A stretch of 64,000 bases of DNA, taken from Diplonema japonicum (Eukaryota > Protista > Euglenozoa: Diplonemea). Position numbers and translations under genes: made by a program. Below the pieces are notes generated by a model. That model saw only the letters and a list, made by a program, of their open reading frames with translations. It did not search any database and had not been told where the DNA came from. Location: the NCBI GenBank assembly GCA_964019335.1, contig OZ025763.1, positions 1-64,000 on the forward strand, given 5' to 3'. Of the stretch, positions 22,116 through 32,614 are shown piece after piece. Every line of letters starts with the position of its first letter. The stretch's first letter is position 1.

Positions 22116-23838
22116 ATGTCTGAACAGATGAGGTCACCCTCTATCCAAAGGGACATGGAAGACAGCGCGGCAACCATGGCAAGCAGGCAGGGACTGAGCC
22201 CAAGCGCGACCTCGTTCACCCCGTTGGCCGAACCTCATAAGCTCATGGTGGAGGTGGGACCGAATACAGTAACCATCGAGTGCAACCTGGCGTGCTTCAC
22301 CCTGCAGGAACTCTACACAAGAACCGCTGCAATGTCAGGCCAGCATCTTGGGTCCTTCCAGCTTAGTTACAACAGCTCACCGCTTCACCCTACAACTTCA
22401 AAGGCTCTTGATGTAGGTATCGGCAACTATGGAACAATCAGATGCAGAAGCACACCCGGTACACCAAGCACACCAGAGGTCCCGAAAACCGAGTACCAGC
22501 AGCAGATTCTACAGCTTCAACAGCAGATTCAGCTCCAGCAGCTTCAGCAGCAACAGCAACAGCTGCAGCAGCAGAAGGTTCAGTCGCAGCTTGCTGCACA
22601 GCTTGCTCATCTTCAGGCTAGCCATGTTATGTCACCAGCGTCTGCTCTTCAAGCTCAGGCTCTGCAGTATTCACTTGCGTTGAACATTAACCAGTTGAGG
22701 CAAATGCAGATATGCAATGAGTTTGGTCTTCCACCGCCGGCACCGCTTCCGAACATGGGGCTGCCGGTGTCGCCGCAGCAAAGCTCGCCGATGCAGGTTA
22801 AGAAACCCGCCACACCGTCAATGCCGACACCGCAGCCGGCGTTTTCCGCACCAGGGACACCGACACCAACACCACCCTCAACGCGTAACCTTTCGTCCCC
22901 GCATGGTACGCCTGGAAACACCCCTGTTGCTACGGGGTGTATTAATTTGTCGGCGATTGCCGGGCAGTTCAGCACGTTTGCGCTGACGTCTGCGGGGAGC
23001 AGGGCGTTGATCGAAGCGTTGCGAACCACACCAGTGTCCACATTGACCGAGACAATCCCGACCCTCATTGATGATATGCAGGAGTTCGTCGGGCTTGTGA
23101 CGCACAAGTACGGCTCAGAAGTTGTCCGTGAAATCGTAGAAGCCGCGAACCAAGAACAAAGGGAGAAGCTCCTCACCAAGTGCTGCACCGACATCGTTGA
23201 AATCTCCGAATCGATGTTCGGGTGCGAGGTTCTCCTGCAGCTCGTCGAGGCGATCCCCGAAGGCCCCGTTGTCATGATGGTTGTCCAGACCATTTCCGAC
23301 AATATCTACCAGGTGATGACCTCGCATATGGCGAGGAAACTTGTCGTGAAAATTCTTTCGAAGCAGTACTCCAGGGAGGTCATGGAAGTGTTCGAAAGGG
23401 CTGTTCTGGACAATTTGCTCCAGATTGCAAAGGAGTCCAAGGGGTGCGTTACTATGAAACGGTGCATCGACCTTGCCTCGCAGGAGTTCAAGCAATCTCT
23501 TCAAGAAGAAATTGTCGGTGCTGCCCAAGAGCTGATCCCCGACCAGTACGGGAACTACCTGATGCAGCACATCATCGACACCCAGGTGACGGCGGGTATT
23601 GTGGCAGGGGTGATCTGCAAGAGGATGGCAGAGTACGCGACAAATAAGATGGGGTCGCACGTAATTGAGAAGGTGATGCAGATGGGGTCGGAGACGGCCA
23701 TCAGCCTGCTTGTCAAGACAATGCTCCTCCCCGAGAACCTCGGGCACATCATCAAGGACCAGTACGGTAACTACATTGTTCAGAATGCTATTGAGAAAGT
23801 CCCCAACAACATGGTCTTGGTTATCAAGGTGTGTAGGG

Positions 23839-23870
<32 letters not shown>

Positions 23871-24125
23871 GGATGCGATTGCTCCTTACTTGGGAGAGTC
23901 CCAGTTTGGGCACAAAATCGAGCAGAAAATTGCAAGGTGTGAAAGAAGGGGGAAAAAAAAAAAAAAAAAAAAAAAAAACACAGGAGGGTGAAGTGGTGCC
24001 AGACAGGGACTGAGAGACCTGCTGAAATCCGCAAGGTATGGAAATGGGAGGGGGGAAAAAAAAATTTTTTTAAAAAAAAAAAGGTGGCACCTGCCTCGCC
24101 CTCTGCCAGTACTATGATTCCGTAG
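22116..24125 (+). CDS. Pumilio/PUF-family RNA-binding protein, 4 exons
   Basis: PUF repeats 'HKYGSEVVRE', 'GCVTMKRC', 'DQYGNYLMQH', 'NKMGSHVIEK' and 'DQYGNYIVQ', with a Gln/Pro-rich N-terminus. Introns at 23829-23871, 23937-23983 and 24036-24083 lead to TAG 24125. Confidence 0.9.
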
Positions 24126-24427
24126 AAAAGAAAGAGGAAGAAAAAAAAAAAAGAAAAAAAAGAAAAAAAAGATGATTTTTTTGATTTTTTTTTTTTCCTC
24201 CCGTTCTTATTTCCCCCATTTTGCGTTTCCCCCCGCTTTTTTTTGTTTTTCTCTTTTAAAAAAAATCTGTTTCCCCCCCCCCCCCCCCCCCCCCGCTTTT
24301 TTTTCCCCAGAAAAAAGAAGAAAATGTTGCTGCTTCTTTTTATTGAAAAGAAGAAGAAAAAAGATATCTGTCTTCCCAATTTTTTTTTTGCCTTTATTTT
24401 TTTTCTTTCTCCTCCCCTTTCGTCCCC

Positions 24428-24470
<43 letters not shown>

Positions 24471-26346
24471 CTCCACTCTTCCTCTTTTTTCTTTTAGAAT
24501 AACACACAGCAATTTTCTAATGATAATGTAATTAAAGAAGCCACAAGTAAGGCACAGAATTCCTTGTGCTCCCCCCCTTTTTTTCCCTCCCCTAAATACG
24601 AGTAGGGCAGGCAAAGAAAAAAAAAAAAACACGGGGTAAACAAACACACTAATCGGAGCATGAAAAGAGAAAGAACTAGAAGAAAAAGGGGGGTCTTCTT
24701 TTTTCTTAAAAAGAACACCCCTCCCCACCCTTTTTTTTTTATATCTTTCTCTTTTTATTATTTTAATTTTAGCGTGGCAGAGAACAGTGGGGAAAAGAGA
24801 AAGAAAAAAAAGTAATTATAAATATAATGTCACTTTTTTCTATTTTCTGCCCTTAGATTTTTTTTTTTTTTTTTTTTTCCCCTTTCCCCCTATTCCCCTG
24901 CAGTGGCTTTTTTTTTTAAAAAGAAGAATAAGGGAAACATTTTTTTTTTTTTTTTTTTTTTTCCCCCAAAACCAAACCCTTCTTTGTACTTTTGAGTATT
25001 CCGAGGGTCTCCTGATATTTCTTTTTTATAAATGTCTCTTTTTTTTTTTTTTTTTTTTTTTCCATTCATCTTGTAACCCTTTAAAGAAAATAAACTGTTT
25101 TTTTTTTTTCTTCCCTCTCTTTCCTCTACCACTTCTTTGCACTTTGGAAGGCAGAGAAGGCTGGACTTAGATAAGGAAGGATTAAACATGGAACACAAAA
25201 GAGGCGTCAAAAGAGAATACTGGTTAAAGGATAGCCTCTTTTGATTTGTTTTTGTACTAAGTTTTTTTTTCCTCCCCTTTTTGTATGCCCGTATTTCTTT
25301 TTTTTTTTTCTTCTTTCTCCATTGTTGTATTGACTTTTTTTTTCCCCCCCTTATTCTCTTTCTGAACAAAGTGTTTTACATTTTTTTTTCCTTTTTTTTT
25401 CCCATTCATACTTTTACAGCAGATATTAGAAAAATCCTCTTTAAAAAAAAAACAACTCTGCTTTTCTATTTTTTTTTTTTTTGCATCCATAAATTTTACC
25501 CCTCCCACTGATATTTTATTTATTTTTACCCCCTCCTTATTTTTTGTTTGCTTCTTTTACTTGACCATAGATTTTTTTTTCCCCCTTTTTGGGCAGGGGC
25601 AGGGAGACCTTACCTCTTCTTAACATAGTTACTTGTTCCCCCCCCCTTTTTTTTTTCCCCCTCTCTTTTTCTTTCCTCCTTTTTTTTCCCTCTGGAAAAA
25701 AAAAAGAATGTTTTAAAAAAAAATCGCAAAAGAAACATCTGAGACCCAGTTTTAAAAAGAAGAGAGGAGAGAGAGAGTAGAAAAAAAAATTGTTTTCACT
25801 TTCAAAAAAAAAGGGGGGGGGAGGGAAATTTTGTGGTCCCCACACCCCCTCTGTGTTTCTCTTGCTGTTTTTTTTTTATTCTAAAAAAAAAAAAAAAATT
25901 AAAAAGGAAAAACAATCGAGCGATTGTAAGAGGTACGATTTCTTCCCATCTCCCACTCCCTTTCTATTCTTTTTCTTTCCCCTTGTTCGCCTTTTCTTTT
26001 TAAAAAAATTGGGGCGCACACAGCCAGGGGTTTCATTGTTGCTTTTCTTTTTACTTTTTTTTTTTTCTTCTTTTTTTTTTGCAAGGGAGAGGGAAAAAAA
26101 AAAAAAAAAAAACACACAAAAACAAAAAAAAATAATTTTTATATCACTTCCTTTGCTTCCCCCCCTCCCTCCCTCCCTCCCTCCCTTCACTTTCCCCTTT
26201 CCCTTCTCTCCTCTTTTTCCCCCTTCTTTTTATTTAAAAAAACATTTTTTTTATTCCATTCACCCGTGTGAAACAACAACAAAAAAAAAAACAAACACCA
26301 AAAGGAACTTTTTTTTTTTTTTTTTTCCCCAACACTCTCCTTCACT

Positions 26347-27687
26347 ATGACAATACCACCAATTGCCAAACGACTCGTGTGCATGGCCGTCCTCGGGGCC
26401 CTCCTCAAAATCATCGAGAAAAAGTACAACAAGGGCAGAAGCGTGAGCTGGGCCCTGTGCTGTACAACACTGGCTGTTCTAATCGGAAATGGTGAGGCAG
26501 TTGAAGCAAGTCTGTTCCTGCTCACATGGATCATCACGAGACACGGGAGAAGAAACAGCGACAAAAGAGACCTACAGAAATGGATAGAAACAGCAGAGAC
26601 AGAGACAGCCCTGGAACCAGATCAACGCATGATAGACCCGCACCACCACTTGTGGGATACACAAGTGGACCACAAGTTCGACCTTCCAAAAATCGCCAAA
26701 ATTATTTTCCAACACACGGATTTGAATCCCTTGCCGTTCTCCTTGAAAAACACCTTCGGGTTCCGCTCCGCGCTCATCCCAACCTACCTCCACCGCGAGA
26801 TTCTCTCAGATATCCACAACACACCAAACGGAAAATCTCATCACAAAATTTGCGGGACGGTGTACATAGAGTCAGGCTGGCATCAAAAGGACCCCGATTG
26901 TACCTCATTGGGACCTGTAGGAGAAGTACAGTTTGCGTTAAAACAAGCTTCGCTGTCAACGAAAAGTAGGGTTCTGTGCAAAGCTGTTATACCCCATATG
27001 GATTTGTCCCGCGGGGCGGAAATTGAACCAGCTTTGAGATATCTGAAATCTGTTGGTGTAACTGGTATTCGAGACTCGCTTGCATGGGTGCCAAAAGAAG
27101 CTTCGGGGAATATTCACTTTCCCGCAAACAACACAGAGTTCCGTGCTCGGGAAGAATCATTCAGGGAGGGTTTTAAACTGCTGGCGAAGTACGGCTTCAG
27201 CTACGATTCGTGGATCTTCCAGTTCAACATTAAAATGTTGGCGGAACTCGCCGCAGAATTTCCCGATGTGGTGATTGTTTGTGACCATGTTGGAAGTCCT
27301 GTGGGTCTACCGCCTTACACTGCTGAGGGGAATTTTGAAATTTGGAAGGCTGACATTGCAAAGCTTGCCAAGTTTTCTAATGTAAGGTGCAAGCTCAGCG
27401 GGTTGGGTATGCGTACAGCCGGGTTAAAACACGATGAGAAACCTGTCCCGCCCACCTCAGTTGAGCTGGCGAAGTCCTGGCGTCCTTACATCACGCACTG
27501 CATTGCTGTGTTCGGGCCCTCACGGTGCATGTTCGCCTCCAACTTTCCCGTTGACAAAATTTCCGGGTCATACACGGCGTTCTTCAACGCTTTCAAGCTT
27601 ATCGTGAAGGATCGCACCACTGAGGAGAAGGACTTGATGTTCTACAGAGTTGCGTACGACACGTATAAGCTGGAGGGGAAGATGTAG
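26347..27687 (+). CDS. Amidohydrolase_2 family (sugar-lactonase-like) with hydrophobic N-terminus
   Basis: 'IDPHHHLWD', 'IVCDHVGSP', 'NVRCKLSGLGM' and 'FGPSRCMFASNFPVD'; intronless. Confidence 0.85.
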   Translation: MTIPPIAKRLVCMAVLGALLKIIEKKYNKGRSVSWALCCTTLAVLIGNGEAVEASLFLLTWIITRHGRRNSDKRDLQKWIETAETETALEPDQRMIDPHHHLWDTQVDHKFDLPKIAKIIFQHTDLNPLPFSLKNTFGFRSALIPTYLHREILSDIHNTPNGKSHHKICGTVYIESGWHQKDPDCTSLGPVGEVQFALKQASLSTKSRVLCKAVIPHMDLSRGAEIEPALRYLKSVGVTGIRDSLAWVPKEASGNIHFPANNTEFRAREESFREGFKLLAKYGFSYDSWIFQFNIKMLAELAAEFPDVVIVCDHVGSPVGLPPYTAEGNFEIWKADIAKLAKFSNVRCKLSGLGMRTAGLKHDEKPVPPTSVELAKSWRPYITHCIAVFGPSRCMFASNFPVDKISGSYTAFFNAFKLIVKDRTTEEKDLMFYRVAYDTYKLEGKM

Positions 27688-27932
27688 TGGAAATGATGAG
27701 TTTCTTTCTTTTTTTTTTTTTTTTTTTCGAACCAACGTATTTTTATAAAAAAAAAGAGAGGGAAATGGGGGTTATTTTTATTTTATTTTTTTTTTTTGTG
27801 CTAGGGCCCCTTCCTTCCCCCCTGCCTCTGTCTCTTCCCCTCCTCCCCTCTTTTTTTTTTTTTCTTTTTTTTTTTTTTTCCTTTTTTTTTTCTCGCAATT
27901 AAAAAAAAAAAGCCCTTCATGGCAGTGTGTGG

Positions 27933-27963
<31 letters not shown>

Positions 27964-28648
27964 CTGATCAGCTCTTAAAGAATTTAGGCTAGAAGAATTA
28001 AATCAGGTTCAGTCTGAGCGTGAAATAAAGTAGATTTTTTTTTCCCTTCTTTTTTTAGGCGATCCTGAAGCGTTCCGGGAGTGAAAGTCAGATGTATTGC
28101 ACGCCGACAGTCATTTTAGCAAAGAACTAAAAGTGGCAGGGAAAGCGATCCAGCCAGCAAGGCCGGCTTGAAAAGAATGGCCGAAACACACGCTCCCAAC
28201 AGCCAGCAAGGCCGGCTTACTCCTTTTTACACTCGCTCAAACCCACTAGAAACATACCCACTTCTTCAACAGTTCGCAGAAACGTGTTTCCAAAAACTCT
28301 TGTCGGGTCCTCCGCCCCACCAGGCTGATGAACCCGTCCAATGGGCCTGTCCCGTCACTTCTAGGACCAATGCATGCCCACCTACTCATGGTGGAAAACG
28401 CACTTCTCCTTTCTCTTTTTTTTTTCTTTTTTTTTTTTTCCCTTTTGGGGTGGTCGTCAAGTGGGACTTACCCTTTAAACATCGCCTTAAAAACCACAGA
28501 GATAATTATTTTCTCTTTTCTTCTTTTCTTTCTTTTGTTTCTCGGAAAAAAAAAAAAATCGTTTTTTTTCCCCCCTTTTATTTTCCTTTTCTAAATTCCG
28601 TTCACCGCACCTCAGGCCCGAAAAACCTCGCCCGTAGGGCTTAGGGCA

Positions 28649-30391
28649 ATGCCCCACAGCTCATGTTCCTCGACGGCATCGGGCGGTAGACGCATCGATC
28701 TTTCCCCAAAGTGTGTGAAGAAGAGGTTCATGAAGGTGGTGCAGATGGGATCTCCGGAAGCAGACCCATTCAAGGAACAAGTGCTGTACACGATGCTGCT
28801 CCCTGTCAGCATGTGGTTGGCCGCAGCCCTCGCTTGCATCATAGCGACAGCTGCAGCGGTGACGGCAGTGGAGCTGGCGGTCCTGGGCACCCGGACAAAG
28901 TTGTACAGCTTCATGGGGTGCACGTTCACCTACTTCCCCAGCGCCGAGGACAGGCTGGACTTCTTAGTTAACAGAAACCCTTCTTACTTCCACGGGTACA
29001 CATTTGGTACCGCAAGGAATTTCTGCAAATGGGCAACAGGAGGGTTCAAGGAGATGGTGTTGCTGTCGGACGCGAGGCTTCTCTCGATCCTCCAGACAAC
29101 ACCTGTGTCTCGGATGTGGAAGGTGGCGTGCAACGAGGAAGGCCGCCCTGTATCAATGGTACTGGACATGGGGGACGTGACGAAGGGCGACGTGAAAGCG
29201 ACGGACATCTCCCTCGGGAAGGGGCACTACCTGTGTGTTGAGAGGATCGACTTCGACATTGAAACTTCGGACCTCTCCGTCACCCTTGTGGACAGCGACG
29301 GGCTGGCGAGGGTGGTGCACCGCCCGACAGTCGAAGAGGCCAGCACATGCACATCAGGCAGCACGACCACAGACACAGACGAAGAGCGACTGTGGAAGCT
29401 TGCAAAGGCCCACATCCAATGCCTCATCATGTGGGCTACCATCATGTGGTCACACACATGGGTCCACTTCAACCTTTTCGATGCCATGGCTGCCCTCACA
29501 CCTGATGTTGTTCCGAAGGAGTCCGTCCTGCGAGCCCTGCTCACCCCGCACCTGCGCTTCACCCCAACCATCAACTTTGCAGGACCATCCGATGGAATAC
29601 TGCACCCCCAGCACACCACCGACAACTTTTACAAGAAGTTCATCCCGTGGAAGGTGCAGGGGCAGACCGCACAACAGTTCCTCGCAAAGGTCGCGGAGAA
29701 CTGTCTGCAGCACTACCTGAAGGCAGACGAGACAACGGGGGAGAAGATCGTGGACCCTGTGGCCTTCCCTCCTAAGTTCGTGACGGACCGCCTTGAGCCG
29801 GACAACAAGCTGCAAGGATTGCTCCCGTACCTGGACTTCCTGACAGAGGTGTACAAGGCGATGGAGGTGTACGCACAAAACCTGTGGGTGGTCATCGAGC
29901 ACGACATCTTCACACAATGGGTGCGGCACATGGCAGAAGAGGTTAAGAGTGTGAAAGGGCTGTCGAAGGTGGACCCTGTGAAGCTGCTTGCGACCCTTCT
30001 GTGGACCATAGTTGTGCATGCGGTGGACCATGATGTGTGTGGGAAGTTTAACACAAAATGGGCGATGTTAGGGAGTGCTGTACCGTTGGACTGGGATGGG
30101 GAGTGGCAGGACGTTCTGAAGGGTTCGCTGTTCGGGACGCAGCTCCATGCCTTCCGCTCTTCCACTTTCCTTGAATGTTTTGCTGTCTACAACAAGTCAT
30201 GGTTTACTAAAGATAACGATCTTTTGATATCGTCAGACCTTTACAGGGGGTGGAACAGCATCAAGTGCGAGCAGAAGAAGGACAAGCTGCGTCTGTGCGC
30301 CGCCGCGCTCCGTGTCTCCTTGCGCGAGATCAGCAAGAAGTGGGGCTGGCTCAGCGACGTGGCGAGTCTTCCTGCGAGCGTTTCTTTCTAA
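28649..30391 (+). CDS. Divergent lipoxygenase-like protein, paralog 1
   Basis: LOX landmarks in order: 'WKLAKAH', 'SHTWVHF', 'LLTPHLRFTPTINFAG', 'VHAVDH' and C-terminal 'PASVSF'. N-terminal hydrophobic helix. Confidence 0.7.
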   Translation: MPHSSCSSTASGGRRIDLSPKCVKKRFMKVVQMGSPEADPFKEQVLYTMLLPVSMWLAAALACIIATAAAVTAVELAVLGTRTKLYSFMGCTFTYFPSAEDRLDFLVNRNPSYFHGYTFGTARNFCKWATGGFKEMVLLSDARLLSILQTTPVSRMWKVACNEEGRPVSMVLDMGDVTKGDVKATDISLGKGHYLCVERIDFDIETSDLSVTLVDSDGLARVVHRPTVEEASTCTSGSTTTDTDEERLWKLAKAHIQCLIMWATIMWSHTWVHFNLFDAMAALTPDVVPKESVLRALLTPHLRFTPTINFAGPSDGILHPQHTTDNFYKKFIPWKVQGQTAQQFLAKVAENCLQHYLKADETTGEKIVDPVAFPPKFVTDRLEPDNKLQGLLPYLDFLTEVYKAMEVYAQNLWVVIEHDIFTQWVRHMAEEVKSVKGLSKVDPVKLLATLLWTIVVHAVDHDVCGKFNTKWAMLGSAVPLDWDGEWQDVLKGSLFGTQLHAFRSSTFLECFAVYNKSWFTKDNDLLISSDLYRGWNSIKCEQKKDKLRLCAAALRVSLREISKKWGWLSDVASLPASVSF

Positions 30392-30898
30392 AAAAAGAAT
30401 TAAGGCTATTGGGGTTTGATGAAAAAAAAAAGGAGACCCCGTGAGTGAAATCATGCTCTGATTTTTATTCAATACTGCATTTTATTTAAGGGTGGTCCTC
30501 GAGTGGGATTTGCCCTTAAACATCGCCTTTAATGATGAGCTGCTCTCGCAAAGAATTTGGGTGCTGAAAAGAGCTGCTCAGAATTTAAAAGAAAAAAAAA
30601 ACGCTTTTCCCCCCCCCCCTTTTTTTTTTCTCATTTATACAGGCCAAGGCTAAACACAATTTGGGGTGTACAGTTGACATCGTGTTTTGGATTACAAACT
30701 GGTCGCCTGTCCTCTACTCTTGTTCTGGTTTTTTTTTTTTTTTTTTTTTCCTCCCCCCTCAACTTCGGAGGGGCTTCGGGCGAAGCTTCACAACGATAAT
30801 GGTTGCGTCCTGCTGCCAAAAAAAAAAAAAAAAAAAAAAAAAAGCTTTTTGATAAATTTCGGTGTGCGGGTTGGGTGCTCACCGTTTGGAAAAAAAAA

Positions 30899-30976
30899 AG
30901 TAGCTATTTATTGCCAACAAATTATGAGTCATTATTTAACTCGAGTTTCCGAATTTTTTTGCACGAGGGCCCGAGT

Positions 30977-31014
<38 letters not shown>

Positions 31015-31766
31015 TTTACTGCCAACAAGTAATGACTTTACCGAGAGGTCGGTAAAGCATTACTTGGCGGTAGGTAAGTGGTTTTATTTCACGACACTCT
31101 GAAATTACTTCACCACGAGGGGCACAACAGGGTGACAAGGGGTACAACAAGAGAGGGGTTACAAAGGTTACAATACAAGTTGTTTTTCCTCCTTTTGCTG
31201 ACTTAAAGTGCTGCCGTTGCCGCTGGCATTGCCACTGTCACCATCTCTAATCAGGCCTTCTCATACCTGGCGCGCCACCTCACTTTCTGCTGCTTCGATA
31301 TTTTGAAGTCTTTTAGGGAGCTGACTAACTTACCCTTACCTGCAGAAGAGTTACCCCCAGAAACTGAGAACAAGGCCTAGCCAAGTGGGCAAATTGGGAG
31401 GAAAAAGTAGTCCAACTTGGAACTGAGCCGAGGCAAAAGCTGGCCAATTGAGCTGAACCTGGGGGGAAATAGCAAACTGAGAGGAAAAAGTAGCCCCACT
31501 GGGAACCGAACCGAGGCAAAAATTGGCCCACCGAGGCATATTATTTAACGGAAACCCCCTATTACTTCACGGAAAACAGGCCATTATTTCACCGTGAAGT
31601 AATGAGATTTAGCGTGAAGTAATGGGCCCCCTAGTGCATGAAGTAATTTCTGAAGAGTGAAATAAAAAAAAAAGATTAAATAACGGCTCTTTTGGCGGCA
31701 AGTAAGTCGTTTTATTTCACTCTTCGTCATTTGTTTAGCCACTCACTCTTCACTGCTTTCACTGCT

Positions 31767-31806
<40 letters not shown>

Positions 31807-32010
31807 CCCACACAGGTCAGCTTTTTCGGGATTTCCCTAAGGTAATACAGGGTAGCTATTTCGCCGTGGCATTTTAGGGGGAAGTAAAGCACTTATTCCC
31901 ACTTTTAGGGCCGAAATGGCCCACCCCAAAAAAGTTTTTCCAAGGGGTTGGTAAATAATAACCATTTTACGTTAAACAATGAGTGAAGAAAATGACGAAG
32001 AGTGAAATTT
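30899..32010 (-). mobile_element. Hairpin/sub-TIR element family 1, copy B (interrupted by a family 2 insert)
   Basis: Reverse-complement match to copy A at 30899-30985 and 31676-32010. Confidence 0.75.
31010..31668 (-). mobile_element. Hairpin/sub-TIR element family 2, nested in the family 1 hairpin
   Basis: Same architecture as family 1: terminal hairpin 31018-31072, sub-TIRs ~31082 and ~31640, GGCCCCCTAGTG end, but the repeated motif is CATTACTTCAC. Degenerate internal tandem repeat at ~31380-31540. Confidence 0.65.
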
Positions 32011-32614
32011 AAAAAAAAAAAAAAAAAAGTCAGTTTCTTTTTTGTTCTTCTTTTCTTTTCTTTGTTAAACACCCCCAGCTTTGAGAATTTTTCTTCTTCA
32101 TTGAAACCAAACGCACAGATTTTCTTTTCTCTATGAATGGACGGAAAAGTTCCAAAAAAAAAAAAAAAAAAAAAAGAAAAAAACGAAAAGAAAAAAAAAG
32201 ATTAGTCTCGAAAAATACTCCCCTCCCCCTTTTTTTTGGTACAAATATTTTCATACCCTTAAAGAAATGATCTTATTAACCTTATGCAACTTTGTTGCCG
32301 AGCAAAGAAAAAGAAAAAAAAGAATTGTAGCAGTTTTTTTTTTTTTTTTTCTCTTTTCCTTCCCTTTTTTTTTCTCTCTTTTTTTTTTTCTTCCCCGCTC
32401 GCGCGAACACAACAAAGGACATAAGACATAAAAGAAAAAAAAAAGAAAAAAAAGCTTTTGTTTATTCTTATTACCCCTATGTGTCTGGACAAATAATGTA
32501 TTGTTTTGCCTACTTCGACATCTTCTTCTTTGTTTTTTCTTCTTTGCTTTTTTTTTTTTTCCCCTTCATTTTCTTCGTGACATAGCCCCTATTCCACAGT
32601 TACTGCTACATAAC

